Positions 8,051 to 16,668 are shown, counted from the stretch's first letter. The stretch is DNA of 32,000 bases from Ferroglobus placidus DSM 10642 (GCF_000025505.1 NC_013849.1:2160001-2192000), one strand, 5' to 3'. Numbers and translations: made by a program. The notes: generated by a model not told the origin, from the sequence alone.

Positions 8051-8388
8051 ACATGAGAGAAGGTGTTCTGCTCAGAATTTTTATCGGTGAGTCGGACAAA
8101 CACAAAGGTAAACCTCTCTACATGTATATACTCGAAATGTTAAGAAAAGAGGGGATTGCTGGGGCAACTGTTTTGAGAGGTATAGCAGGATATGGAAAAA
8201 CGAGCGTAATCCACACCACTTCAATTCTTCGCTTGTCTTCAGATCTGCCAATAGTAATTGAGATCGTCGATAGCCAAGATAAGATAGAGAAGGTTAAACC
8301 AAAACTTCTCGAAATCGTAAAAGAGAGTTTGATCACCGAAGAAAAAGTGAAAATTATTTTTTACGAGGGTGACGAGAATAAAAGCTGA
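8038..8388 (+). CDS. DUF190 (PII-like) protein commonly linked to crcB
   Basis: LLRIFIGESDKHKGKPLYMYILEMLRKEGIAGATVLRGIAGYGK...LPIVIEIVD matches the DUF190 pattern. It overlaps the crcB stop. The start is more likely ATG 8047 or 8053, after GGAGGAG. Confidence 0.7.
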   Translation: MEEMNMREGVLLRIFIGESDKHKGKPLYMYILEMLRKEGIAGATVLRGIAGYGKTSVIHTTSILRLSSDLPIVIEIVDSQDKIEKVKPKLLEIVKESLITEEKVKIIFYEGDENKS

Positions 8389-8413
8389 TTTAAATAAATA
8401 AAAAATTCAGATT

Positions 8414-8788
8414 TTAAATTGCATCAACAATTCTCTTCAATCTCTCCTCGACATCCTTGGCGTTTTCTTCAATCTCTTCAGTTGCAAAAGCTGTCGGCTT
8501 AACTGCTTCAACAACAACTTCGCCGTCAATCTCGTAGACCACGACATTACAAGGCATAAGGACTCCGAAGGATCTGTTCGCTTTCAAAACCTCGAAGGCA
8601 TTTTTAGGGCTGCACGCTCCGAGAATAACGTACTTGTCAAAATCGACACCTATTTTTTCCTTCAAAGTCTTTTTGACGTCGATTTCACAGAGAATTCCAA
8701 AGACTTCTGACTTTAAAAGCTCTTTAACTTTCTCAACGACTTCTTCAAATTTTCCACTCACTTTTTTACCTACCGTAAACATAAACAC
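8414..8788 (-). CDS. DUF302 domain protein
   Basis: FGILCEIDVKKTLKEKIGVDFDKYVILGACSPKNAFEVLKAN...LMPCNVVVYE is a typical DUF302 core. Confidence 0.65.
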   Translation of the reverse strand: MFMFTVGKKVSGKFEEVVEKVKELLKSEVFGILCEIDVKKTLKEKIGVDFDKYVILGACSPKNAFEVLKANRSFGVLMPCNVVVYEIDGEVVVEAVKPTAFATEEIEENAKDVEERLKRIVDAI

Positions 8789-8888
8789 CGTTAAACTATC
8801 GAAACTTTATAAGTGTGCCGCAGTATATACATTAGAAAGCCAAATCGTCAGGAGAAAATAAATAAACCTCCCCTCTTTTTTATATTTC

Positions 8889-9668
8889 GTGAGGCTTAAA
8901 GTCAAAGATTACATGACGAAAGACGTGGTGGTTGTGAAGCCGGATCAGACGATAAAAGAGGTAATTGATCTCATCGAAAAGACTGGTCATGATGGTTTTC
9001 CTGTTATTGACGATAACGGAATTGTTATCGGATACATCTCTTCTCGTGATCTTTTGAGGAAAAATCTGGATACGAAAGTGAAAGATGTTATGTCTAAAAA
9101 GTTGATAGTAGCCAGAGAGCACATGGACTTGAGAGATGCGGCAAGGGTGATGTTCAGGACTGGAAGATCTAAATTGCCAGTCATAGACGAAAAAGGAAAG
9201 CTCATAGGAATTATATCGAACACGGATGTGATAAGGAGTCAGATAGAGAGAGCAGACCCTAAAAAAGTTGAAAATTTGAGGAAAACGATAGAAAGCGTTC
9301 ACAACGTTAAGACTGAGCTTAAAAGAGGTAAGATCGAAGTTGACAGAATAATTCCGACCCAAACGAAAGTTTACGCTGACGAACTTAGAGGAAGGGTTTA
9401 CGAGCTGAAAAAGGGTTTGGCTGAACCTGTTATCGTTATAAAGAAGGGAGGGAAGTATTACCTTGTGGATGGGCACCACAGGGTTGTGGCAGCTAAAAAG
9501 ATAGGGATAGACAAGCTCGACGCATACATTATAGAGGTTCCGGAAAACGTCGAGCTCGGTCTCGAAAAGCTTGTGAGAAAGAAAGGAATAAAATCAGTCA
9601 GGGATATTCAAGTTTTAGAGGACGCGACGCACCCCCTCGTGGAAATAACCTTTAAAAATTCGAAGTGA
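8889..9668 (+). CDS. CBS-pair domain fused to ParB/Srx-like N-terminal domain protein
   Basis: There are two CBS motifs (VKDYMTKDVVVVKPD...GFPVIDDNGIVIGYISSRDLL; VMSKKLIVAREHMDL...KLPVIDEKGKLIGIISNTDVI). They are followed by IIPTQ...EPVIVIKKGGKYYLVDGHHRVVAAKKIG (ParB-like DGHHR motif). GTG start. Confidence 0.7.
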   Translation: MRLKVKDYMTKDVVVVKPDQTIKEVIDLIEKTGHDGFPVIDDNGIVIGYISSRDLLRKNLDTKVKDVMSKKLIVAREHMDLRDAARVMFRTGRSKLPVIDEKGKLIGIISNTDVIRSQIERADPKKVENLRKTIESVHNVKTELKRGKIEVDRIIPTQTKVYADELRGRVYELKKGLAEPVIVIKKGGKYYLVDGHHRVVAAKKIGIDKLDAYIIEVPENVELGLEKLVRKKGIKSVRDIQVLEDATHPLVEITFKNSK

Positions 9669-9672
9669 TATC

Positions 9673-9951
9673 ATGCTGGAAGAGCTTCAGGAGATTGTTG
9701 AGGAGAGAAAAAGGAATCCGACCCCGGATTCCTATACAGCCAAGTTACTCTATCACGAGAAGGGAGAGGACAAAGTACTCGAAAAGTTCGGGGAGGAGGC
9801 AGTGGAGTTAATCCTCGCTTGCAAAAACAAAGATAAAGAAAGCATAGTTTACGAAGCAGCCGATTTGCTTTATCACTTCGTCGTTCTCCTTTCTAAATTC
9901 GACGTCAAAGTGGAGGAGGTTTACGATGAACTTCGAAGAAGAAAGAAGTAA
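9673..9951 (+). CDS. hisE: phosphoribosyl-ATP pyrophosphohydrolase
   Basis: PDSYTAKLL...KFGEEAVELILA...ESIVYEAADLLYHFVVLL is the HisE/MazG-like signature. Confidence 0.85.
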   Translation: MLEELQEIVEERKRNPTPDSYTAKLLYHEKGEDKVLEKFGEEAVELILACKNKDKESIVYEAADLLYHFVVLLSKFDVKVEEVYDELRRRKK

Positions 9952-10219
9952 CTACTGGATAATCTGGACGGTCAATTTAGATAAGAAGAAGAGCAGAAGC
10001 GAAGGGAGAAAGATTCCGAAGAGGTACGCTGTGCCGAACGTTAAGTTCAAAGAGCTTATCGAAGCTTGCAAAGCCCTCGGTTTGGAGTTTTACGCTGAGG
10101 AAAAAAAGTATCCGAAGTCTTGGTGGGAGGAGGGGGGAAGGGTTAGAGTGAAAAAGACCGGAAAGAAGCTCGACCTCATGATAGAGATAGCTAAAAAAAT
10201 AGCAGAAATGCGAAGATGA
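9926..10219 (+). CDS. srp19: signal recognition particle protein SRP19
   Basis: WTVNLDKKKSRSEGRKIPKRYAVPNVKFKELIEACKALGLEF...KKYPKSWWEEGGRVRVKK is nearly colinear with the A. fulgidus SRP19 sequence as I remember it. Confidence 0.9.
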   Translation: MNFEEERSNYWIIWTVNLDKKKSRSEGRKIPKRYAVPNVKFKELIEACKALGLEFYAEEKKYPKSWWEEGGRVRVKKTGKKLDLMIEIAKKIAEMRR

Positions 10220-11193
10220 AGCTGATCTTCCTCCTCTCCGGAGATCTGGAGTACGTGGCGAGAAAAGAAGTCGAGGTTTTTTCGAAAGAAATACTCGGTG
10301 GGAAAGTTATTCTTGAGGACAGGCAGATATCAGTCGCGGAAGTTTCAGAAATTAAGCTTCTCGAAAGATTGAGCTTGGTTCACGAGGTTAGCGAGTTTCT
10401 CTTCTCCGGAAGTCTGGAGGAGCTAAAAAGCTTCGTAAATGAAGTGGAGCTGCCAGAGGGAAAGATGTGCGTAAGAGTGAGAAACATCGGAGGTCGTTTC
10501 GTTCCTTCAAACGAGTTCGAAAAAGAGCTTGGAGCGATTTTCTACAGGAGAGGGGCGAAAATAAGCGTTTCCAATCCGGATAAAATATTCAGGGTTTACG
10601 TCACCGAAAATAACGTTTACGCCGGCTGGTTAATTCACGTTACAAACACGAAGCAGTTCCTCGAAAGACGACCAGATTTAAAGCCGTTTTTCAGACCCGG
10701 AGCTGTAGTGCCGAGATTTGCGAGAAGCTTGGTGAACATAACCGGAGTTGAAAACGGAGTCGTCCTTGATCCAATGTGCGGAACTGGGACTATGATAATA
10801 GAGGCTGGATTGATGAACCTCGATTTTATCGGAGTTGAGGCTTTTGAAAAAATCGCTAAAGGATGTGCAATCAATCTGAGATACTACAATCTTCCTGTGA
10901 ACGTTATAGTGGGAGATGCCAAAAATCTTCCTTTGGCTGACGAAAGCGTTGACGGAATAGTGACCGACTACCCTTACCTTCAATCGTCGATGAGCTTCGG
11001 AGATTTAAGAGAGTTATACGAAAAAAGCTTTCCGGAGTTTCACAGAGTGCTTAGAGGAGAGAGGATAGTTTTCCTAACGAACATGGACGTTGAAGAATTC
11101 TTCGAGGACTACTTCATTCTCGAATCCAAGTTCTACCAAAAAGTTCACAAAAGTCTGACGAGAAGGATTTACGTTTGTAGAAAGAAAAAGTGA
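10216..11193 (+). CDS. THUMP-domain tRNA (guanine-N2)-methyltransferase (Trm-G10/Trm11/Trm14 family)
   Basis: N-terminal THUMP-like region, then class I MTase motifs VLDPMCGTGTMIIEAG (motif I) and VTDYPY (motif IV, D/NPPY-like). Confidence 0.7.
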   Translation: MKLIFLLSGDLEYVARKEVEVFSKEILGGKVILEDRQISVAEVSEIKLLERLSLVHEVSEFLFSGSLEELKSFVNEVELPEGKMCVRVRNIGGRFVPSNEFEKELGAIFYRRGAKISVSNPDKIFRVYVTENNVYAGWLIHVTNTKQFLERRPDLKPFFRPGAVVPRFARSLVNITGVENGVVLDPMCGTGTMIIEAGLMNLDFIGVEAFEKIAKGCAINLRYYNLPVNVIVGDAKNLPLADESVDGIVTDYPYLQSSMSFGDLRELYEKSFPEFHRVLRGERIVFLTNMDVEEFFEDYFILESKFYQKVHKSLTRRIYVCRKKK

Positions 11194-11401
11194 GCACTCT
11201 CGCACTGAACAGTATGGTTTGGTAACGTTTCTGATGGGATTTTGTTAATTTTTTAGATTTTAGACCATTGCCGCAGCGTGTTCAACTATCAGTTCGGAGA
11301 GCTCGTTGATAGTGGAGTAATTCTTAAATCCCCTTTTCATGAGAACTCTTTTGCCTCCCAGTCCAGTAATGTATATTAACTCACAAGGATAAGAAAAGTT
11401 T

Positions 11402-11674
11402 ATGGAATTATCCGTAACCAAGAAAGAGGTTATAGAATACAAAAAGTTGGAGATCATTTCCCATATAGCTTCGATTAAATCAAAGATCGAACTTTTCGAG
11501 TCAAAATACGGATGCAAGTTTGAAGATTTCGAGAAAAAACTAAAAGAAAGGCAAGATGAAGATTTTGAGGAATGGGACGATTACATCGAATGGAAGGCGT
11601 ACGTTAAAACACTCGAAGAGCTAAGAGAAAAGCTCAAGGAGATCGAAAATGCTAAAGACGTTAGAATTGCTTGA
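11402..11674 (+). CDS. small acidic coiled-coil protein, putative antitoxin-like partner
   Basis: The 90-aa helical, acidic product (..FEDFEKKLKERQDEDFEEWDDYIEWKAYVKTLEELREKLKE) overlaps the next gene by 26 nt. Confidence 0.45.
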   Translation: MELSVTKKEVIEYKKLEIISHIASIKSKIELFESKYGCKFEDFEKKLKERQDEDFEEWDDYIEWKAYVKTLEELREKLKEIENAKDVRIA

Positions 11675-11993
11675 CAAAAGTCCGATCGTTAAGTCTTACG
11701 AAATACTCGACTTTAAAAAGGGAAGGGATTTCTACTACCTTAAGATCAAAGCTATTTTAATCAACGATACAGTTTTGCACATCAGAGAATACGTCTCACC
11801 AGATGACTCATCTTACTCATACAATTGGGTTGATGGGGACGGGAATCTCATTTGCAGATGGGACAACGCACCACATTATAAACACATTAAAACGTTTCCG
11901 CACCATAAACACACTAAAAATGGGGTTAAAGAGTCATTCGAAACAACTCTACAAGATGTTTTAACTGTTATTGAAAAGGAAGTTACAACATAA
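11649..11993 (+). CDS. DUF6516 / TumE-like putative toxin
   Basis: YSYNWVDGDGNLICRWDNAPHYKHIKTFPHHKH matches my recollection of the DUF6516 core (Y.FHW.d..G.li.RyDNAPHh....fPhHkH). Confidence 0.5.
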   Translation: MLKTLELLDKSPIVKSYEILDFKKGRDFYYLKIKAILINDTVLHIREYVSPDDSSYSYNWVDGDGNLICRWDNAPHYKHIKTFPHHKHTKNGVKESFETTLQDVLTVIEKEVTT

Positions 11994-12013
11994 CTTTACG
12001 CTCAAACAAGTCA

Positions 12014-13576
12014 TTACACCTCCAATCTATATCCCAAAGCCTCAAAAACCCCTCTGATTTTAGCTTTTAGCTCTTCTTCCTCTTTCAGCAATTTCGAAAG
12101 TTCTTCGCTGTAAGATCTCATTTTTTCCTCGAATGTTTGTTCATCATCCAAATCAAGCTTAACTCCGACGTATCTTCCCGGTGTCAAAACGTAGTTGTTT
12201 CTCGCAATTTCTTCTATTGTCGCAACCTTAGCAAATCCAACCTCATCGATTTCCTCAAATCTGCCCTCCTCGAAAAGCCTGAACTTCTCCACGATCTTGC
12301 CTATGTGCTCATCTTTCATCACATTCTGCCTTCTCGAAATTGGCTCGTAGAGATCTTTAGCATTTACGAAAAGCACCTTTCCCTTCATGTGCTCTGGCTT
12401 TTCCTTCCTGACAAACCAAAGAGAAACTGGCAATGATACGTTGTAGAAGAGCTTTGGTGGGCAAGCAACAATTCCGTAAACAAGGTCAGCCTTGACTATC
12501 GCCTTTCTTATCTCTCTCTACACCGCCAGCGGACAACGCACCGTTTGCCATAACGAAGCCAGCCTTTCCATTAGGTGCTAAATGATAGACAAAATGAAGT
12601 ATCCACATATAGTTTGCGTTGCTGTTTGGGGGAACTGGTACTCTGACTCCATTTATTCTCAATCTCGGATCGTCAGGCTTAATTCTTTCAGCACCCCACT
12701 CGCTGTCGTTAAAAGGTGGATTAGAAGTAACATAATCGAACCTCATGTCGTAAAACTTGTCATCATGATAGGAATCGCCAACTCTTATGTCTCCTTCAAC
12801 TCCCCTGATAACTAAGTTCATCTTCGTAAGTTTCCAAGCCATAGGATCGGAATCCTGCCCGTATATCTGCAACTCGAACCTATCTATTCCCTCTCTTTCG
12901 AGTTTCTCTATCGCTGAAACAAAGAAACCTCCGCTTCCACATGCAGGATCGAACATTCTTCCTCCTTTAATGTCCAAGACCTCGACTATAAGCTTAGTTA
13001 ATGATCTTGGTGTGTAAAACTTGCCTCCCCTCTTCCCCTCAACTTCCGTAAACTTCCCCAAGAAATACTCGTAAATTCTGCCGAAAATGTCCCTCGCTTT
13101 ATGATCGTATCCGAAATCAATCTTCGAAAAGAGGTTTATCAGATAGGCTAAATCGTAGTGGTCGAGGTTCGAGCTTAGGTAAACCTTTGGAATTACATCT
13201 TGTAGCTGTTTCGGATATTTCTTTTCCAGAATTTCTATGGCTCTCTCTATGATTTCTGCTATATTTGGCTGATTTGCATTTTTGGACAGATAGCTCCATC
13301 TTGCCTTTTCCGGAATGTAGAGAACGCCAGCCTCGAGGTAATAGTCCTCGTCCTCCAAAGCAAGCTCTCTTAACTCTGCACTCGTTTCTTCTTTCATCGA
13401 AAGCGTAGGAAAGATAACGCAAAAAGATTAGTCAGAGAACTATGTATTTGTATTGATGTACCTTCTACCTTCCTCCTCAACTTATCTGCCGCCTTCCAAA
13501 GTTGATTTTCGAAATCGGGTGTTAATTCATGAATCTGAGAATTACCAATATCTACGAAATCGCTGAGCTTTGCCAT
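12014..13576 (-). pseudogene. hsdM: type I restriction-modification N6-adenine DNA methyltransferase (HsdM), multiply disrupted
   Basis: HsdM sequence is spread over at least 4 frame segments. The N-terminus is MAKLSD...LWKAADKLRRKVEG (start 13576). Next comes HQYKYIVL*LIFLRYLSYAFDERRNE, with an in-frame TGA at 13432-13434 where G is expected. The core is FYTPR, FDPACGSGGFFVSA and SNPPFN (12486..13397). The C-terminus is EIRKAIVKADLVYGIVACPPKLFYNVSLPVSLWFVRK... (to 12014). Confidence 0.85.
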
Positions 13577-13673
13577 CCATCTACACCTCCAAGCAATGTT
13601 ACTAAAATGCGCGGAATTTTTAGTTTGGGAATAAGGGAAAAAGTTTTGCAAGCAACGTTTTTATAAAGTTCGT

Positions 13674-14444
13674 TTACTGCTCTTTCTTACCTCTCTTCGT
13701 CTCAGCGAAGTATTCGAGGATTTCTATCGGAATTGGAAAGACTATTGTTGTGTTTTGAGCGTTGGAGATTTCGTTCATCGTCTGGAGAATTCTCAGCATC
13801 ATAGCCCCTCTGCTTTCCGAAAGTATTTCTGCCGCTTCTTTCAACTTCAAAGCAGCTTGATACTCTCCGTCCGCCCTTATAATCTTCGCCCTCCTCTCTC
13901 TTTCAGCTTCAGCCTGCATAGCCATAGCCCTCTGCATTTCCTTCGGCAGCTCGACATCCTTTATTTCAACAGCCGAAACTTTTATTCCCCACTGATCCGT
14001 GGCTTCGTCTATTATCTGCTGAAGCTTTAAATTCAGCTTTTCTCTTTCCGAAAGCAGTTCGTCAAGTTCCGCCTGACCAATAACGCTTCTCAGGGTGGTC
14101 TGGGCAATTTGGGCTGTTGCGAACTTGTAATCGTAAACTTCCGTTATCGCTTTCTCCGGATCGACAACTCGATAGTAAACAACCGCGTTAACCCTAACAG
14201 TGACGTTATCTCTTGTAACGACTTCTTGCGGAGGTACGTCGTAAGTTACCGTTCTAAGGTCGACAACCTGCATGCTTTCGAGAATCGGGATGACGTAAAA
14301 TATTCCAGGTCCTCTCGCACCGACGAGCCTTCCGAGTCTGAAAATTACACCTCTCTCGTACTCCTTAACGATTCTGATTCCCGAAAGGAGGAACAGAATT
14401 ATGACTATCGCCAGTCCCAACAGTATCGTGTCGCTTAAAGCCAT
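13674..14444 (-). CDS. SPFH/band-7 (stomatin/prohibitin-like) membrane protein
   Basis: N-terminal TM segment, then [18 protein letters not shown]...[36 protein letters not shown] and a C-terminal coiled coil ([15 protein letters not shown]). The start is more likely ATG 14444 (MALSD) than 14468. Confidence 0.85.
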   Translation of the reverse strand: MALSDTILLGLAIVIILFLLSGIRIVKEYERGVIFRLGRLVGARGPGIFYVIPILESMQVVDLRTVTYDVPPQEVVTRDNVTVRVNAVVYYRVVDPEKAITEVYDYKFATAQIAQTTLRSVIGQAELDELLSEREKLNLKLQQIIDEATDQWGIKVSAVEIKDVELPKEMQRAMAMQAEAERERRAKIIRADGEYQAALKLKEAAEILSESRGAMMLRILQTMNEISNAQNTTIVFPIPIEILEYFAETKRGKKEQ

Positions 14445-14516
14445 AAAATAGAAATTTAACTTAAACAAATAAGTTTTTCGATGGATTTATATGTAGCAGT
14501 TTTTAAAATCGCGTAG

Positions 14517-15437
14517 GTGATAAAGGAGCAGTTTAGAGAGATAAATAGGAAGTTCGTGGAGAAATACGAAAAAATAGACGATTCGAAAGAGTTCTACGAG
14601 TTCATGGCTAAGCCAATAAGACAGAGCTTCAGAGTTAACACGCTTAAAATAGATGTTAAAAGCGTTGTGGAAAGATTATCGGAAGAGTTCGAACTCGAAA
14701 GAGTCCCTTGGTGTAAAGAGGGGTTTTTCGTTTACGGAGAGGGAATAACCAAAACTCCTGAATTCGCTCTCGGCTTGATATTCATGCAGGAAGCTTCCTC
14801 GATGATACCGCCGGTTGTTATGGATTTGAAGGAGAACCTCTTCGTTCTCGACATGGCAGCCGCTCCTGGAGCGAAAACGACGCAGATTTCGCAATACATG
14901 AACAACACCGGCTGCGTTATTGCCAATGATGTGAAGTACTCGAGGTTGAACATTCTCATTTCTAACGTTCAGAAGTACGGATGCATAAACGTTGTTGTGA
15001 CGGAAAAGGACGGAAGATACTTTGGAAGGTTCAGAGACACCTTCGATAGAGTTTTACTTGATGCTCCCTGCAGCAACGTGGGGATGATAAGGAAGAACTA
15101 CAAATATTTAAAGCTCTGGAGGCAGATGGAAGTGGAAGCTTTGTCGAGGCTGCAAAAAAGTCTGATTTTGGCAGCTTACAAAGCTTTGAAGCCGAAAGGT
15201 GTTCTTGTTTACTCCACTTGCACTCTCGATCCCGAAGAAAATGAAGAAGTAATCGACTACCTTCTCTACAATACCGACGCGAAGCTCGAAAAAATAAAGC
15301 TTCCAGTAAAGTCTACAGAGCCGATATTGGAGTTCAACGGGAAAAGGTACAGCGAAGAAGTCAAAAAGTGCCTGAGAATTCATCCTCAAGATAACGACAC
15401 CGAAGGCTTCTTCGTCGCCAAGGTGGTGAAACCGTGA
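14517..15437 (+). CDS. NOL1/NOP2/Sun-family RNA cytosine-C5 methyltransferase
   Basis: FMQEASSMIPPVVMD, VLDMAAAPGAKTTQI, DAPCSNVGMIRKN and YSTCTLDPEENEEVI carry both catalytic Cys motifs of RsmB/Trm4-type enzymes. GTG start. Confidence 0.85.
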   Translation: MIKEQFREINRKFVEKYEKIDDSKEFYEFMAKPIRQSFRVNTLKIDVKSVVERLSEEFELERVPWCKEGFFVYGEGITKTPEFALGLIFMQEASSMIPPVVMDLKENLFVLDMAAAPGAKTTQISQYMNNTGCVIANDVKYSRLNILISNVQKYGCINVVVTEKDGRYFGRFRDTFDRVLLDAPCSNVGMIRKNYKYLKLWRQMEVEALSRLQKSLILAAYKALKPKGVLVYSTCTLDPEENEEVIDYLLYNTDAKLEKIKLPVKSTEPILEFNGKRYSEEVKKCLRIHPQDNDTEGFFVAKVVKP

Positions 15438-15832
15438 ACTATTTGGAAATTTTAAGGGAACTTTACGGAGTCGAGAAGGTGAATTTCGAGCTGAAAAAGA
15501 TGGGAAAGGACAGGCTCTACGCTTTTCTGAAGTGCGACAAGAAGGACGAGCTCGGGATAAAAGAGTACCACCAAGGAGTCTACTTCGGCAAGCTCGAAAA
15601 AGATGGGATAAGGTTGAGCATAGAGGGTTGCTATTTGCTTCGAGACGAGATTAAGAAAAACCTCATAGAAGTTTCCTACGAAGATGCGATTAAGTGGTTG
15701 AAAGGAGAAGATTTGGATATTCCTTACAAAGGATACGTCGTGCTGAAGTGGAGAAACTACTTTTTGGGTTGCGGAAAGGGGGATGGAAAGAAAATAAGGA
15801 ACTACGTCCCTAAGGAGAGGAGAATAATCTAA
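15434..15832 (+). CDS. RsmF/NSUN C-terminal PUA-like domain protein (separate ORF)
   Basis: Its GTG overlaps the upstream stop (GTGA). The sequence (GVYFGKLEKDGIRLSIEG...GYVVLKWRNYFLGCGKGDGKKIRNYVPKERR) resembles the C-terminal RNA-binding extension that is fused to these methyltransferases in other organisms. Confidence 0.5.
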   Translation: MNYLEILRELYGVEKVNFELKKMGKDRLYAFLKCDKKDELGIKEYHQGVYFGKLEKDGIRLSIEGCYLLRDEIKKNLIEVSYEDAIKWLKGEDLDIPYKGYVVLKWRNYFLGCGKGDGKKIRNYVPKERRII

Positions 15833-15868
15833 CAAAACATTATTAAATTCCAAAATCAACGCTTAAAA

Positions 15869-16381
15869 ATGGATCCGAGAGCGTTTTATAAAATAAGTTA
15901 CGGACTTTACGTCGTTTCCTCCTCCTACAATGGTAGACTGAGCGGGCAAATTGCCAATACAGTTTTTCAGGTCTCCTCAGAGCCTCCGATGATTGCAGCT
16001 TGTTTGAACAAGAAAAACTTCACCCACGAAATAGTGAAGTCGAGTAAGGTTTTCGCTGTTAGCGTTTTGGAAGCTGAAACGCCACTGACGTTCATAGGAA
16101 GGTTTGGGTTCAGAAGTAGCAGGGACTTCGACAAGTTTGAAGGAGTGGATTACGAAATAGGAGTAACTGGCGCTCCAGTCGTAATTCAGCATGCAACAGC
16201 AATTTTCGAGGCAAAGGTCGTTAAGGAGTGCGACGTTGGAACTCACACCTTGTTTATCGGTGAAGTCGTGAGGGCTGAGCTGAGAAGAGATGCCGAAGTT
16301 TTGACTTACGCCGACTACCATCGGATTAAGAAAGGAAAAACTCCGAAAACTGCTACCGTTTACTTCGATAAGCAAAGTTAG
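15869..16381 (+). CDS. flavin reductase-like FMN-binding domain protein
   Basis: YGLYVVSS...GQIANTVFQVSSEPPMIAACLNKKNFTHEIV...FAVSVL...GTHTLFIGEVV is a typical Flavin_Reduct domain. Confidence 0.75.
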   Translation: MDPRAFYKISYGLYVVSSSYNGRLSGQIANTVFQVSSEPPMIAACLNKKNFTHEIVKSSKVFAVSVLEAETPLTFIGRFGFRSSRDFDKFEGVDYEIGVTGAPVVIQHATAIFEAKVVKECDVGTHTLFIGEVVRAELRRDAEVLTYADYHRIKKGKTPKTATVYFDKQS

Positions 16382-16413
16382 TTGCTAAATTGCAAAAAAT
16401 GCAACATTGATGC

Positions 16414-16420
16414 TTTTTTT
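16414..16420 (+). terminator. oligo-T tract downstream of the flavin reductase gene
   Basis: A T7 run lies about 33 nt after the stop codon. Archaeal termination commonly uses oligo-T. Confidence 0.3.
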
Positions 16421-16435
16421 ATCACTCACTTTTTG
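16421..16435. repeat. left copy of 15-bp inverted repeat ATCACTCACTTTTTG
   Basis: This is the exact reverse complement of 17016-17030. Confidence 0.9.
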
Positions 16436-16638
16436 GGCTTTCGAACAATTTTAAATTTTGGAGATAATAATAAAAAATTAAAATTTAAACTTTTTAAATT
16501 ATATCTTCTAACTCTTATGTTTTCCATTTTTAAATCTTTTATAAAAATTAAAATGACAAAAATTGAATTGATAATTTAAATTAATTAAATATTAATGAGC
16601 TATGTAATCTGTAGCCTTATCACAAAATTTTTAGAATA

Positions 16639-16668
16639 CAACATTTTTAGGTTTACCTAAAAATGTTG
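16639..16668. repeat. perfect palindrome, 13-bp arms with a 4-nt spacer (CAACATTTTTAGG ttta CCTAAAAATGTTG)
   Basis: Read directly from the sequence. A further CAACATT copy lies at 16402-16408. Confidence 0.9.

Noticed and set aside
8880-9479. Long antisense 'shadow' ORFs inside well-supported genes. Besides this one: 10678..10983, 12137..12436, 15452..15859, 15977..16375, 18151..18534, 19006..19425, 20015..20404, 22129..22566, 22805..23257, 23427..23879, 24604..25201, 25659..26132, 26259..26612, 27848..28153, 28255..28715, 30104..30517 and 30865..31306.
   Set aside because: Each lies opposite to, or out of frame with, a CDS that has clear family motifs. Their products are low-complexity (Ser/Leu/Phe/Arg-rich) with no motifs. 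They are typical of open antisense frames in genes with strong codon-position bias.
11260-11517. 85-aa minus-strand ORF overlapping the start of the 11402..11674 gene
   Set aside because: It overlaps the better-supported plus-strand cassette and has no motif. Only its last ~26 codons lie in intergenic DNA. It may be a remnant, but it is not supportable as a gene.
13117-13422. 101-aa ORF starting MRYLSYAFDERRNE
   Set aside because: It is not an independent gene. Its first residues are an out-of-frame segment of the disrupted hsdM (the LRYLSYAFDERR motif), and the rest is an antisense or alternative-frame read-through.
16382-16579. 65-aa ORF at the start of the AT-rich region
   Set aside because: It has a Lys/Phe/Ile/Leu/Asn-rich composition dictated by more than 80% A+T, starts at TTG directly after the upstream stop, and has no RBS or recognisable motif. 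I treat it as non-coding.
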